This document shows positions 35,775 through 46,214 of a stretch of 64,000 bases of DNA, piece by piece. The stretch spans positions 17,944-81,943 of the forward strand of contig NZ_JAYSDQ010000026.1 in assembly GCF_041914305.1 (NCBI RefSeq), read 5' to 3'. This stretch comes from Ideonella sp. (GTDB lineage: Bacteria; Pseudomonadota; Gammaproteobacteria; Burkholderiales; Burkholderiaceae_C). Within the stretch, counting starts at the first letter, position 1. Each line of letters opens with the position of its first letter. Below the pieces are notes generated by a model. The model was not told where the DNA came from. It was given only the letters and a program-made list of their open reading frames with translations, and did no database searches. Both the position numbers and the translations under genes were made by a program.

Positions 35775-37214
35775 TCAGATGATGCGCGAGAAGCGCTCGC
35801 GCACCTTGTCGGCCTGCAGGTGCTTGTCGAAGACCATCGCGATGGCCCGCACCACGAACCAGCCCGACGCGGTCACCTGCAGCGCGCCCGGCTCCACGGT
35901 GACCAGCCCTTCGGCCGCGAAGGTGGCGAGATCGCCCAGCTCGGCCCGGAAGTAGTCGCGGAAGTTCACCAGGTAGGCCAGCTCGATCGACTCGAACTCG
36001 ACCCGCCCTTGGCACATCAGCGCCATGATCACGGCCCGGCGCAGCAGGTCGTCGCGGGTCAGTGCCAGGCCCCGCACGGTGGGCAGCTGGCCGTGGCGGA
36101 TCGCGTCGTAGTACTCGGGCAGCGTCTTCGCGTTCTGGCTGTAGGTGGCGCCCATGCGGCCGATGGCCGACACGCCCAGGCCGATCAAATCGCAGTCGGG
36201 CTGCGTGCTGTAGCCCTGGAAGTTGCGGTGCAACCGGCCCTGCCGCTTGGCGGCGGCCAGCGCGTCGTCGGCGAGCGCGAAGTGGTCCATGCCGATGTAG
36301 CTGTAGCCATGGCCCATGAAGCCCGCGATCGCGCCGGACAGCATGGCCACCCGGTCGCCCGGCGGCGGCAGCATCGCCGCTTCAATGCGGCGCTGCGGCT
36401 TGAAGCGTTGCGGCAGGTGCGCGTAGGCATACAGCGCGATGCGGTCGGGCCGCAACTCGGCCACCTGCGCCACGGTGTGGGCGAACGAGGCCGGCGTCTG
36501 TTTCGGCAGGCCGTAGATCAGGTCGGTGTTGATCGACTCGTAGCCCAGCGCGCGAGACGCCAGGATCAGGTCGCGCACGCTTTCGAAGCTCTGCACCCGG
36601 TGCACGGCCTTCTGCACCTCGGGGTCGAAATCCTGCACGCCGAAACTGAGCCGGTTGAAGCCCATGCGCCGGAAGGCCGCCAGGCGCTCGGCGGTCACCG
36701 TGCGCGGGTCGACCTCGATCGACACCTCGGCATTCGGGGTCAGGCGAAACGCATCGTTCAGCTCGGCCATCAGGCCTTCGAGCTCGGCGTCGCTCAAGAA
36801 GGTGGGCGAACCGCCGCCCAGGTGCAGCTGCGACACCGGCTGCGGCGCACCCAGCACCTTGGCATACAGCGCGATCTCGGCGCGCAGCGCCAGCAGGTAT
36901 TCGGCGGCGCGATCGTGGTGCTTGGTGATGACCTTGTTGCAGGCGCAGTAGTAGCACAACGATTCGCAGAACGGGATGTGCACGTACAGCGACAGCGGCG
37001 TGCGGGCGCCGACGCAGGCCCCGTCGGCGCGCTGGCGCAAGGCCTGTTCAAGGTCGGCCGGGCCGAAGGCCTCGACGAACCGGTCGGCCGTGGGGTACGA
37101 GGTGTAACGCGGCCCCGGCACGTCGAAGCGGCGCAACAACGAAAGCGGCAGGCCGCCCGGCGTCGACTCGGGAGTGGCAATGCCGGCAGCAGGGGCAACG
37201 GTCAGATCAGGCAT
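35775..37214 (-). CDS. hemN: Oxygen-independent coproporphyrinogen III oxidase
   Basis: GPRYTSYPTA, radical SAM CESLCYYCAC, HLGGGSPT, HRNFQGY. Confidence 0.96.
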   Translation of the reverse strand: MPDLTVAPAAGIATPESTPGGLPLSLLRRFDVPGPRYTSYPTADRFVEAFGPADLEQALRQRADGACVGARTPLSLYVHIPFCESLCYYCACNKVITKHHDRAAEYLLALRAEIALYAKVLGAPQPVSQLHLGGGSPTFLSDAELEGLMAELNDAFRLTPNAEVSIEVDPRTVTAERLAAFRRMGFNRLSFGVQDFDPEVQKAVHRVQSFESVRDLILASRALGYESINTDLIYGLPKQTPASFAHTVAQVAELRPDRIALYAYAHLPQRFKPQRRIEAAMLPPPGDRVAMLSGAIAGFMGHGYSYIGMDHFALADDALAAAKRQGRLHRNFQGYSTQPDCDLIGLGVSAIGRMGATYSQNAKTLPEYYDAIRHGQLPTVRGLALTRDDLLRRAVIMALMCQGRVEFESIELAYLVNFRDYFRAELGDLATFAAEGLVTVEPGALQVTASGWFVVRAIAMVFDKHLQADKVRERFSRII

Positions 37215-37249
37215 GGGGCCAATCGTGCCGCGCAGTGCCGGCCCGGCGC

Positions 37250-37263
37250 TTGATCTGGCGCAA
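37250..37263. promoter_or_regulatory. FNR box (imperfect) between divergent hemN and fnr
   Basis: TTGAT-CTGG-CGCAA vs consensus TTGAT-N4-ATCAA. Confidence 0.6.
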
Positions 37264-37307
37264 GCCGACGGGGGCCCCTGCGGCGAAAAATTGCGCCGTT
37301 GTTGAGG

Positions 37308-38099
37308 ATGATCATGCCCACTGCCGACCCCTGCCCTTTCCCCCCGCGCGAGCCCGGCGCGGCCGCCACGGAACGCGCCCGCGAACGGGCTGGCGCCTTC
37401 AACGTGGCCTGCTCCAGCTGCAACCTGCGCGAGCTGTGCCTGCCGGTGGGCTTGTCGAGCACCGACCTCGCCCGGCTGGACCAGCTGGTGGCCACGCGCC
37501 GCACCGTGGCCCGGGGCGACACGCTGTTTCGCGCCGGTGAGCCTTTCCAGTCGCTCTTTGCGGTGCGCACCGGTTTCTTCAAGACCCGGGTCTCGTCCGA
37601 AGACGGGCGCGACCAGGTGACCGGCTTCCAGATGGCCGGCGAGTTGCTGGGCCTGGACGGGATCAGCGGCGACCGCCACACCTGCGACGCCGTGGCGCTG
37701 GAAGACTCGCAGGTCTGCGTGATCCCCTTTGCCGAGCTGGAGCACCTGTCGCGCGAGTTCGGCGACCTGCAGCGCCAGTTCCACAAGATCATGAGCCGCG
37801 AGATCGTGCGCGACCACGGCGTGATGCTGCTGCTGGGCAGCATGCGCGCCGAAGAGCGCCTGGCGGCCTTTCTGCTGAACCTGACCCAGCGCCTGCAGTC
37901 GCGCGGCTTCTCGGCCTCGGCGCTGGTGCTGCGCATGACGCGCGAAGAGATCGGCAGCTACCTCGGGCTGAAGCTCGAAACGGTCAGCCGCACGTTCTCG
38001 AAGTTCCAGGAAGACGGGCTGCTGCAGGTCAGGCAGCGCCAGATCCGCATCATCAACCAGGCTGGACTGCAGCAGCTGGTCAACGGCGCCACCTGCTGA
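37308..38099 (+). CDS. fnr: Fumarate/nitrate reduction regulator FNR
   Basis: N-terminal CSSCNLRELC Fe-S cysteines, cNMP-fold, REEIGSYLGLKLETVSR HTH. Confidence 0.95.
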   Translation: MIMPTADPCPFPPREPGAAATERARERAGAFNVACSSCNLRELCLPVGLSSTDLARLDQLVATRRTVARGDTLFRAGEPFQSLFAVRTGFFKTRVSSEDGRDQVTGFQMAGELLGLDGISGDRHTCDAVALEDSQVCVIPFAELEHLSREFGDLQRQFHKIMSREIVRDHGVMLLLGSMRAEERLAAFLLNLTQRLQSRGFSASALVLRMTREEIGSYLGLKLETVSRTFSKFQEDGLLQVRQRQIRIINQAGLQQLVNGATC

Positions 38100-38157
38100 G
38101 CGCAAGCCACCGGCTGGGCGCCATGCCGTCACGGCGCCCATCGGCGCCGCGCGCCGC

Positions 38158-38421
38158 TCACTCGACGTTCGGGTGGGTCAGGAAATGGGTGATCGTCGAC
38201 GCGAGCGCGATCACCAGCCAGAACAACAGGAAAGCCACCGAGTAGACGGTTGTCGGCTGCCAGTCTGCCGAATCGGCACCGGCCCATGAAAGCTGGTGGG
38301 GGTCGACGACGGCAAAGACCAGCATCTCAAGCACGCCCGCCATCAGGAAGGCCGGCCAGAGGATGCACAGCCAGCGCACCGGCGGCGCAACATCGATCTC
38401 TGCCACGTGGTGGTGGGGCAT
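38158..38421 (-). CDS. Conserved small membrane protein of the cco locus
   Basis: ILWPAFLMAGVLEMLVFAVVDP..YSVAFLLFW. Confidence 0.7.
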   Translation of the reverse strand: MPHHHVAEIDVAPPVRWLCILWPAFLMAGVLEMLVFAVVDPHQLSWAGADSADWQPTTVYSVAFLLFWLVIALASTITHFLTHPNVE

Positions 38422-38456
38422 GGCGGCTCCCCCGTTTGGCGCCACGGTGTCACCCA

Positions 38457-38711
38457 TCAGGGCTTGGCGGTGGCGGCGTGGTTGCGTGCCTGCAGCGCGG
38501 GCGTCATCGCGTCCGGCGCGGCCGAGCGCTCGCTCACACCGCCACGCTCTTGCAGATTCAGCACGGGGTCGGCCCCACGCGCGGCGATGACCGCAGTCAC
38601 CAGGCTGGCGACCACCACGACCAGCGGGCCGCCGATCATCAGCCACACCATCGGCTCACGCCACCAGGCGCGCGCCTGCAGCGCCTGGTCTTGCGTACGG
38701 GTCGCATTCAT
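38457..38711 (-). CDS. FixH/CcoH-like protein
   Basis: WWREPMVWLMIGGPLVVVVAS motif downstream of ccoG. Confidence 0.75.
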   Translation of the reverse strand: MNATRTQDQALQARAWWREPMVWLMIGGPLVVVVASLVTAVIAARGADPVLNLQERGGVSERSAAPDAMTPALQARNHAATAKP

Positions 38712-38768
38712 CGCTTCACTCCTCTGGGCCACCTTCGTTGGCGGCCAGTGTTGGACCGTGCCGCTCTC

Positions 38769-40328
38769 TCAGCGCGGCACCACAAAGCTGGATTTCTCGC
38801 TCACCTGCGCCGGCGGCTCAGCCCCGACAGACTCACGTTCTACACGAAATTCGATCGGGTGGGGGCCGGCACCCACCTGGGCGGCCGATTCTGGCGGCAA
38901 CTGCAACGCCACCGTCAGCCACCTTGCCTCGGCCGGCGCGAGCGTCAACTCGCTGCCCCGCGCCAGGGCCAGCCCTGGCAGGCCTTGCGCGCTGACACGG
39001 TAGTGCTGCGGTGTCTCGGTCACGTTCATCACCTGCAGCCGGAAGACATTCTCGACCCGGCCGTCTTCGACCAGGCGCGCCAGCGAGGCGCGGTCGCGCA
39101 CCACGTCGACCCGGAACGGGCTGCGCAGCGCCAGGCTGGCCACGAAGGCCCCGGCGATCAGCAGCATCACCGTGCTGTAGATCAGCACCCGCGGCCGCAG
39201 CACCCGCTGCAGGATCTGGCGCCAGCCCAGGTGCTCGGCGAGGCTGTTCTCGGTGGCGTAGCGGATCAGCCCGCGCCGATAAGGCCCCCTGGCCGCCGCA
39301 TCGCCGCCGCTCGCGGTGGACGCGGCAGCTTGGGGCAGCCCGGCGGCCATCTTGTCCATGATGCCGTCGCACACGTCGATGCAGGCGGCGCAGCCGATGC
39401 ACTCGTACTGCAGGCCCTTGCGGATGTCGATGCCGGTCGGGCAGACCTGCACGCACAGCCCGCAGTCGACGCACGCGCCCTGCGTGGCCGCCGCCGGATC
39501 GCCCTTGCGCAGCCTTGCGCCGCGCGGCTCGCCGCGCTTCGTGTCGTAGCTGATGATCAGCGTGTCGCGGTCGAACATCGCGCTCTGGAAGCGCGCGTAG
39601 GGGCACATGTACTTGCAGACCTGCTCGCGCATGTAGCCGGCGTTGCCGTAGGTGGCAAAGCCGTAGAACAGCACCCAGAACCACTCCCACGGGCCGAAGC
39701 CCAGGGTCAGCGCCTCTTGCGCCAGGCTGCGGATCGGCGTGAAGTAGCCGACGAAGGTGAAGCCGGTCCACAGCCCGATGGCCAGCCAGACCGTCTGCTT
39801 GCCGCCCTTGCGGGCCAGGCGCTCCCAGGTCCAGGGGCTCTTGTCGAGCTTCATCCGCTGGGCCCGGTCGCCCTCGAACTTCTGCTCGACCCACATGAAC
39901 ATCTCGGTGTAGACCGTCTGCGGGCAGGCGTAGCCGCACCACAGACGCCCGGCCACCGCGGTGAACAGGAACAAGGCGTAGGCCGAGAGGATCAGCAGGC
40001 CCGTCAGGTAGATGAAGTCCTGCGGGTAGAGCACCAGGCCGAAGATGTAGAAGCGCCGCGAGACCAGGTCGAGCAGCACCGCCTGGCGGTCGTTCCAGAC
40101 CAGCCACGGCATGCCGTAGAACACCAGCTGCGTAGCCCAGACCAGCAGCCAGCGCCAGGTGGCGAAGGTGCCGCTGACCGCGCGCGGGTAGATCTTGTTC
40201 TGCTTCTGGTACAGCGAGACAAGAACGCCGCTGCCCTCGCCCTCGCCTGCACCGGCCTCAGCCGGCGCGGGGGCGATCGGGATCACGCGAGCCGCTGGCT
40301 TGCTGGCCGTCGGTTCAAGCATACGCAT
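38769..40328 (-). CDS. ccoG: Cytochrome c oxidase accessory protein CcoG
   Basis: GRLWCGYACPQTV, CKYMCPYARFQ, CVDCGLCVQVCPTGIDIR, CIGCAACIDVC. Confidence 0.95.
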   Translation of the reverse strand: MRMLEPTASKPAARVIPIAPAPAEAGAGEGEGSGVLVSLYQKQNKIYPRAVSGTFATWRWLLVWATQLVFYGMPWLVWNDRQAVLLDLVSRRFYIFGLVLYPQDFIYLTGLLILSAYALFLFTAVAGRLWCGYACPQTVYTEMFMWVEQKFEGDRAQRMKLDKSPWTWERLARKGGKQTVWLAIGLWTGFTFVGYFTPIRSLAQEALTLGFGPWEWFWVLFYGFATYGNAGYMREQVCKYMCPYARFQSAMFDRDTLIISYDTKRGEPRGARLRKGDPAAATQGACVDCGLCVQVCPTGIDIRKGLQYECIGCAACIDVCDGIMDKMAAGLPQAAASTASGGDAAARGPYRRGLIRYATENSLAEHLGWRQILQRVLRPRVLIYSTVMLLIAGAFVASLALRSPFRVDVVRDRASLARLVEDGRVENVFRLQVMNVTETPQHYRVSAQGLPGLALARGSELTLAPAEARWLTVALQLPPESAAQVGAGPHPIEFRVERESVGAEPPAQVSEKSSFVVPR

Positions 40329-40343
40329 GGGCCTGCATCACGA

Positions 40344-41267
40344 TCACTGCCCGGCCACCTGGGTGGGGTGCGACAGGCTCCAGACATAGGCCGTCAGCAC
40401 CTCGACCTGCTCGGGCGTCAGGCGCTGGGCCTGCGGCGGCATCACGTTGGTCTTGCCGCCGTTGATCATCGCGAGGATCGCCGGCTCGCCCCAGCCGTGC
40501 AGCCAGATCTTGTCGGTCAGGTTCGGCGCGCCGATGGCGGCGTTGCCCTTGCCGTCCACGCCATGGCAGGCGGCACAGGCCGCGAACTTGGGCTTGCCCA
40601 GCTGGGCCGACAGCTCGTTGTGCGCGCTGCCCGACAGGCTGAGCACGTACTGCGCCACGTTGCGCGCGTCGTCCCCATTGCCCACGGCGGCGGCCATCGG
40701 CGGCATCACGCCGCGGCGACCTTCGACGATGGTCTTGTGGATGTAGGCGTCCAGCCCCTCCTGGCCGCTGCCGAGCCAGTCGCGGTCGGTCAGATCGGGG
40801 AAAGACTTGCTGCCGCGCCCGTCGGCGCCGTGGCACTGGGCGCAGGTGTTGGCGAACAGCCGCTCGCCGATCGCCATCGCCTTCGGGTTCTTGGCCAGCT
40901 GCTCGACCGGCTTGCCCACCAGGTCGGCGTAGACCGGGTTCATCGCCTTGTGGGCGCGCTCTTGCTCGGCCTCCCACTGGCCGGTGCTGGTCCAGCCCAG
41001 CGTGCCTTCGGCACTGCCCAGGCCGGGGTACAGCACCAGGTAGCCCACCGAGAACAGCACGGTGATGACGAACAGGCCCATCCACCAGCGCGGCAGCGGG
41101 TTGTTCATCTCGCGCAGGTCTTCGTCCCACACGTGGCCGGTGGTGTTGTCGTTGGACATCACCTGGCGGCGGCTGGCGATCAGCAGCAGCAGCAGGCAGA
41201 AGGCAAGGCCGGCGATGGTGATGGCGCCGATGTAGACCGACCAGCCGGCGTTGAAGAAATCACTCAT
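40344..41267 (-). CDS. ccoP: cbb3-type cytochrome c oxidase subunit III
   Basis: TTGHVWDEDLRE.NNPLPRWW; two CxxCH (CAQCH, CAACH). Confidence 0.96.
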   Translation of the reverse strand: MSDFFNAGWSVYIGAITIAGLAFCLLLLLIASRRQVMSNDNTTGHVWDEDLREMNNPLPRWWMGLFVITVLFSVGYLVLYPGLGSAEGTLGWTSTGQWEAEQERAHKAMNPVYADLVGKPVEQLAKNPKAMAIGERLFANTCAQCHGADGRGSKSFPDLTDRDWLGSGQEGLDAYIHKTIVEGRRGVMPPMAAAVGNGDDARNVAQYVLSLSGSAHNELSAQLGKPKFAACAACHGVDGKGNAAIGAPNLTDKIWLHGWGEPAILAMINGGKTNVMPPQAQRLTPEQVEVLTAYVWSLSHPTQVAGQ

Positions 41268-41458
41268 TGCGGGTTGCTCCCGGTGGCTTGGGTGTTGGGG
41301 GCGTGTGGGGCCGGCGCCTCGTCTGCGAAGGGCAAGCGGGCCGCTTCGTCGAAGGCATCGCGCCGGTGGCGGCTGAGCGTCCAGGCCATCAAGGCCAGGA
41401 ACAGCAGCAGCGACAGCACGGTGATGCCGCTGCGCCAGGTGTTGACATCGAAGTCCAT
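41264..41458 (-). CDS. ccoQ: cbb3-type cytochrome c oxidase subunit IV
   Basis: Small TM protein with FDEAARLPF between ccoO and ccoP. Confidence 0.9.
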   Translation of the reverse strand: MDFDVNTWRSGITVLSLLLFLALMAWTLSRHRRDAFDEAARLPFADEAPAPHAPNTQATGSNPQ

Positions 41459-41468
41459 CGCAGCCCCC

Positions 41469-42089
41469 TCACTTGCGCGCGGTGCCCAGCACCTGCAGAT
41501 AGGCCACCAGCGCCTCCAGCTCGGTGCGGCCCTTCACCTCTTCGGCCGCGCGGCCGATCTCGTCGTCCGTGTACGGCACGCCGACCACGCGCAGCGCCTT
41601 CATCTTGGGCGCCAGCTCGGCCGGGTCCAGCGTGGCCCGGGCCAGCCACGGGTAGGCGGGCATGTTCGACTCGGGCACCACGTCGCGCGGGTTGTTCAGG
41701 TGCAACTGGTGCCACTCGTCGCTGTAGCGGCCGCCCACGCGTTGCAGGTCGGGGCCGGTGCGCTTGCTGCCCCACTGGAACGGGTGGTCGTAGACGAACT
41801 CACCCGCCACCGAGTAGGAGCCATAGCGCAGCGTCTCGGCCCGGAAGGGGCGGATCATCTGCGAGTGGCAGTTGTAGCAACCTTCGCGCACGTAGATATC
41901 GCGCCCGGCCAGTTGCAGCGGCGTGTAGGGCTTCAGGCCCGGCACCGGCTGGGTGGTGGAGCGCTGGAAGAACAGCGGAACGATTTCCACCAGGCCACCA
42001 AAAGCAACCGCCGCGAGGATCAGCACGATCATCAGGAAGTTGCTGGTTTCGATTCGTTGGTGACCCGTCGGATTGGTGTGTGCAGACAT
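41469..42089 (-). CDS. ccoO: cbb3-type cytochrome c oxidase subunit II
   Basis: [30 protein letters not shown]. Confidence 0.97.
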   Translation of the reverse strand: MSAHTNPTGHQRIETSNFLMIVLILAAVAFGGLVEIVPLFFQRSTTQPVPGLKPYTPLQLAGRDIYVREGCYNCHSQMIRPFRAETLRYGSYSVAGEFVYDHPFQWGSKRTGPDLQRVGGRYSDEWHQLHLNNPRDVVPESNMPAYPWLARATLDPAELAPKMKALRVVGVPYTDDEIGRAAEEVKGRTELEALVAYLQVLGTARK

Positions 42090-42107
42090 CGATTTCTCCA
42101 ACAAGCC

Positions 42108-43547
42108 TCAAGCGTGGGCCGGCACAGCCGGGATGGCGGCCACCGGCACGCGGCCGATGCGCACGGTCATCCAGGTGTTCCAGGCCATGATGAACATGCC
42201 GGTGACATACAGCAGGCCGCCCAGCACGCGAATCACATAGAAGGGATACGTCGCCTTGACCCCCTCGACGAAGCTGTAGACCAGCGTGCCGTCCGGGTTG
42301 GTTGCGCGCCACATCAGGCCCTGCATCACGCCCGCGATCCACATGGCGGCGATGTAGAGCACGATGCCCACGGTGGCGACCCAGAAGTGCAGCGCGATGG
42401 CGCGGGTGCTGTACATGCTCTTCAGGCCGTACATGCGCGGGATCAGGAAGTACAGCGCGCCGATCGACACGAAGCCGACCCAGCCCAGCGCGCCGGAGTG
42501 CACGTGGCCCACCGTCCAATCGGTGTAGTGCGACAGCGCGTTGACCGTCTTGATCGACATCATCGGCCCCTCGAAGGTCGACATGCCGTAGAACGACAGC
42601 GAGACGATCAGGAACTTCAGGATCGGGTCGTCGCGCAGCTTGTACCAGGCGCCCGACAACGTCATCATCCCGTTGATCATGCCGCCCCACGAGGGCGCCA
42701 GCAGCACCAGCGAGAACACCATGCCGACCGACTGTGCCCAGTCAGGCAATGCGGTGTAGTGCAGGTGGTGCGGGCCGGCCCACATGTAGGTGAAGATCAG
42801 CGCCCAGAAGTGCACGATCGACAGGCGATACGAATACACCGGGCGGTCGGCCTGCTTCGGGATGTAGTAGTACATGATCCCCAGGAAGCCGGCGGTCAGG
42901 AAGAAGCCCACCGCGTTGTGGCCGTACCACCACTGCACCATCGCGTCTTGCACGCCCGCATAGGCCGAGTAGCTCTTGGTCAGGCTCACCGGGATCTCGG
43001 CGCTGTTGACCACGTGCAGCAGCGCCACGGCGATGATGAACGCGCCGAAGAACCAGTTGGCCACGTAGATGTGCTGGACCTTGCGCTTGCCGATGGTGCC
43101 GAAGAACACGATCGCGTACGACACCCAGACGACGGTGATCAGCAGGTCGATCGGCCACTCGAGCTCGGCGTATTCCTTGCCGCTGGTCATGCCCATCGGC
43201 AGTGTGACCACCGCCAGCAGGATCACCAGGTTCCAGCCCAGGAAGGTGAACATCGCCAGCTTGGGCAGGAACAACGCCGCCTGGCAGGTGCGCTGGACCA
43301 CGTGGTAGCTGGTGGCGAACAGCACGCTGCCGCCGAAGGCGAAGATCACGGCATTGGTGTGCAGCGGCCGCAGGCGGCCGTAGCTCAGCCACGGAATGCC
43401 GAAGTTCAGTTCCGGCCACGCCAGCTGGGCTGCAATCAGCACACCCACCAACATGCCGACGATGCCGTAGACGACCGAGGCCAGCGCGAAGCCACGCACC
43501 ACGGTGTCTGAGTAGACCGGCTGGGCCGGTACGGAAGCAGTTGCCAT
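42108..43547 (-). CDS. ccoN: cbb3-type cytochrome c oxidase subunit I
   Basis: [41 protein letters not shown]. Confidence 0.98.
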   Translation of the reverse strand: MATASVPAQPVYSDTVVRGFALASVVYGIVGMLVGVLIAAQLAWPELNFGIPWLSYGRLRPLHTNAVIFAFGGSVLFATSYHVVQRTCQAALFLPKLAMFTFLGWNLVILLAVVTLPMGMTSGKEYAELEWPIDLLITVVWVSYAIVFFGTIGKRKVQHIYVANWFFGAFIIAVALLHVVNSAEIPVSLTKSYSAYAGVQDAMVQWWYGHNAVGFFLTAGFLGIMYYYIPKQADRPVYSYRLSIVHFWALIFTYMWAGPHHLHYTALPDWAQSVGMVFSLVLLAPSWGGMINGMMTLSGAWYKLRDDPILKFLIVSLSFYGMSTFEGPMMSIKTVNALSHYTDWTVGHVHSGALGWVGFVSIGALYFLIPRMYGLKSMYSTRAIALHFWVATVGIVLYIAAMWIAGVMQGLMWRATNPDGTLVYSFVEGVKATYPFYVIRVLGGLLYVTGMFIMAWNTWMTVRIGRVPVAAIPAVPAHA

Positions 43548-43630
43548 CGAAGGTTCCCTCACGGTTGCGCCGCGCTGCGCATGCTTTGCGGGCCTGGCCG
43601 GGATTCTTCGTTCGCCCGACCCTGGAGGGC

Positions 43631-43644
43631 TTGATCGGCGTCAA
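43631..43644. promoter_or_regulatory. FNR box upstream of ccoN
   Basis: TTGAT-CGGC-GTCAA, 84 nt upstream of the ccoN ATG. Confidence 0.8.
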
Positions 43645-43802
43645 TCGGCCGCGATTTCAGGCGCGGGGTCTGCGTCGAGAATACGTTCGCCTTCGCGCTC
43701 GAGATCGTCGAACTGGCCGCGATGCAGCGCCCAGCCGAAGACGCCGATGATGGCCAGCACCAGCACCGCCGACATCGGCACCAGGAGATAGAGGATGTCC
43801 AT
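43641..43802 (-). CDS. ccoS: cbb3 oxidase maturation protein CcoS
   Basis: MDILYLLVPMS..WALHRGQFDDLE. Confidence 0.92.
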   Translation of the reverse strand: MDILYLLVPMSAVLVLAIIGVFGWALHRGQFDDLEREGERILDADPAPEIAAD

Positions 43803-43816
43803 GGTGTGTGCGCCCG

Positions 43817-46123
43817 TCAGGCCCGTGTCAGTCGCAAGGCATTGCCGACCACCAGCAGCGAGCTGAGGGCCATGCCCAGCCCGGCGGCCCAGGGCGGCAG
43901 CCAGCCTGCCAGTGCCAGCGGCACGCAGGCCAGGTTGTAGGCGGCGGCCCAGATGAGGTTCTGCCGCGTCACGCGCAGCATGCGCTGGCCCAGGCGGCGC
44001 GCCGTCACCACATCGGCCAGCCGGTTGGTGGTGAGCACGGCATCGGCATGCAGGCGCGAGACCATCGCACCGCGACCCATCGCCAGCGACACATCGGCCT
44101 GCGCCAGCACCGGCGCGTCGTTGACGCCGTCGCCCAGCATGCCCACGCGCTCGCCGCGCCGCTGCGCCGCGGCCACCGCCTCGAGCTTGTCCTGCGGGCT
44201 GGCCTGGGCCTGCACGTCGTGCAACCCGAGGCGGGTCGCCAGCCGCGTCGCGCGGGCCGGGCTGTCGCCGGACAGCAGCGTCAGCTGCAGCCCGTCTTGC
44301 CGCAGCGCATGGATGGCCTCGACCGCATCGCTGCGCAGGCGCTCGTCGAACGCGGCGCAGACCACCGGCTGGCCGACCGGGCCGAAGAACACGTGCGGCG
44401 CATCGGGCGCCGCGTTGACCACCCGCGCACCGCCCTGCACCCAGGCCGATTGCCCCAGGCGCCAGACATGGCCTTGCGGGTCGGTGCCTTCCAGGCCCTG
44501 GCCGGCCACCTCTGTGACGCGATGCCACGCGACCGGCGCCGCATCGGCCAGCAAGGGCCAGGCGGCCAGGGCCCGCGCCAGCGGGTGGCTCGACCAGGCG
44601 GCCAGCGAAGCGGCACGCGCCATCAGCTCGGGCGGTGCCGGCACGCTGGACAGGCCCCCGGTCGCCTCGACGAGGTGAGCCCCGGTGCACACCGGCAGGT
44701 CTTCGGTCAAGGTGCCGGTCTTGTCGATGAACAGGCGGTCGATCGTGGCCAGCGTCTCGAGCGCGTCGAGCCGTTGCAGCAGCACCCCGCGGCGCGCCAG
44801 CGCACCGGCCGACGTCAACAGCGCCGACGGCACCGCCAGCGACAGCGCACACGGGCAGGTGACGATCAGCACCGCCACCGCCACCGCCACCGCACGCGCC
44901 GGCTCGACCCACCACCAGGCCACGCCGGCCGCGGCGGCCAGCAACAGCACCGCCCACAGGAACGGGCCGGCCCAGGCATCGGCCCGCCGCGCGAGCGCCG
45001 GCCGCTGGGTCAGCGCCTGGCGCATCAGCGAAACGATCGCGCCATGGCGCGTGTCCGCGCCCACGCGCTCGACCTCCATCACCACCGGCGTGCCCAGGTT
45101 GACGCTGCCGCCGACGAGCTCGTCGCCCTGGGCCTTGGGCACCGGCATCGACTCACCGGTCAGCAGGCTTTCGTCGGCCTGGGTGCTGCCGCTGGCCAGG
45201 CGCCCATCGGCTGGGAAGCTCGCGCCGAGCGCCACCTGGACGCGGTCACCCGGGCGCAACCGGTGCACGCTGACCGCCTCGATGCTGCCGTCGGCCATCA
45301 GCCGCTGGGCCGTCTCGGGCAAGGCGGCCAGCGCCGATTCCAGGCTCTCGGCGGCACGGTGGCGCGCCAGCGTTTCGAGGTAGCGCGCGCCCAGCAGAAA
45401 GCTGACGAACATCGCCATCGAGTCGAAATACACCTCGTGGCCGAACACGCCGCCGGGGTCGAAGGTGGCCCCGCTGCCCGCCACGAAGGCCACGGCGATG
45501 CCGAGCGCCACCGGCACGTCCATGCCCAGCCGGCGCTGGCGCAGCGACCGCCAGGCCCCCTGGAACAACGGGCCGGCCGAAAACAACATCACCGGGATGC
45601 TGAGCAGCCAACTGCCCCAATTCAGCAGCTGGCGCAGATCGGGCGCCAGCTCACCCGCATCGGCCACGTAGGCCGGGGTGGCGAACATCATGATCTGCAT
45701 CGCGCAGAAGGCCGCGACGAACAGGCGCCACAGGGCCGTGCGGCGCTCGCGCTGGCGCAGGGCGCGGGCGGGGGCCGCGGCGTCGGGTGCGGCGTCGTAG
45801 CCGGCGGCACGGATGGCCAGCACCAGCGAAGACAAGCGCGTGGCCTGCGGGTCCCAGCGCACCTGGGCGCGCTGGCCGGCGGCGCTGACATCGGCCCGCT
45901 CGACACCGGGCTGCCGCAGCAAGGCGGCCTCGATCAGGCCGGCGCAGGCGGCGCAGTGCATGCCGCTGAGCAACAGGCTGGTTTCAGCCGTGCGCCGCCC
46001 CTGGGCGTCGGTATCCCAGCGGGTGCTGGCCTGCTGCTCGACCGGGTCATCGAGCACGGCCAGGTCGGCCGGTGCGGCCGGCATGGGCGTCGAAGGGGCG
46101 GCAGGAAGGGCGATAGATGTCAT
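43817..46123 (-). CDS. ccoI: Cu-translocating P1B ATPase CcoI/FixI
   Basis: GMHCAAC HMA, TGES, CPCALSL, DKTGTLT, GDGVND; adjacent to ccoS. Confidence 0.93.
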   Translation of the reverse strand: MTSIALPAAPSTPMPAAPADLAVLDDPVEQQASTRWDTDAQGRRTAETSLLLSGMHCAACAGLIEAALLRQPGVERADVSAAGQRAQVRWDPQATRLSSLVLAIRAAGYDAAPDAAAPARALRQRERRTALWRLFVAAFCAMQIMMFATPAYVADAGELAPDLRQLLNWGSWLLSIPVMLFSAGPLFQGAWRSLRQRRLGMDVPVALGIAVAFVAGSGATFDPGGVFGHEVYFDSMAMFVSFLLGARYLETLARHRAAESLESALAALPETAQRLMADGSIEAVSVHRLRPGDRVQVALGASFPADGRLASGSTQADESLLTGESMPVPKAQGDELVGGSVNLGTPVVMEVERVGADTRHGAIVSLMRQALTQRPALARRADAWAGPFLWAVLLLAAAAGVAWWWVEPARAVAVAVAVLIVTCPCALSLAVPSALLTSAGALARRGVLLQRLDALETLATIDRLFIDKTGTLTEDLPVCTGAHLVEATGGLSSVPAPPELMARAASLAAWSSHPLARALAAWPLLADAAPVAWHRVTEVAGQGLEGTDPQGHVWRLGQSAWVQGGARVVNAAPDAPHVFFGPVGQPVVCAAFDERLRSDAVEAIHALRQDGLQLTLLSGDSPARATRLATRLGLHDVQAQASPQDKLEAVAAAQRRGERVGMLGDGVNDAPVLAQADVSLAMGRGAMVSRLHADAVLTTNRLADVVTARRLGQRMLRVTRQNLIWAAAYNLACVPLALAGWLPPWAAGLGMALSSLLVVGNALRLTRA

Positions 46124-46200
46124 CGGCAGGCAGGCGCAGCGTGTCAGCGGCGCCGGGCCGGCTGCGTTCGATAATCTATCGACCGAACGGAACCGCCCAC

Positions 46201-46214
46201 ATGACATTGATCAA
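46201..46214. promoter_or_regulatory. Possible FNR box upstream of ccoI
   Basis: ATGAC-ATTG-ATCAA (one perfect half-site), about 80 nt upstream of ccoI start; overlaps the DUF192 start codon. Confidence 0.4.

Noticed and set aside
38250-43511. 1753-aa ORF on the plus strand
   Set aside because: Antisense shadow of the cco operon
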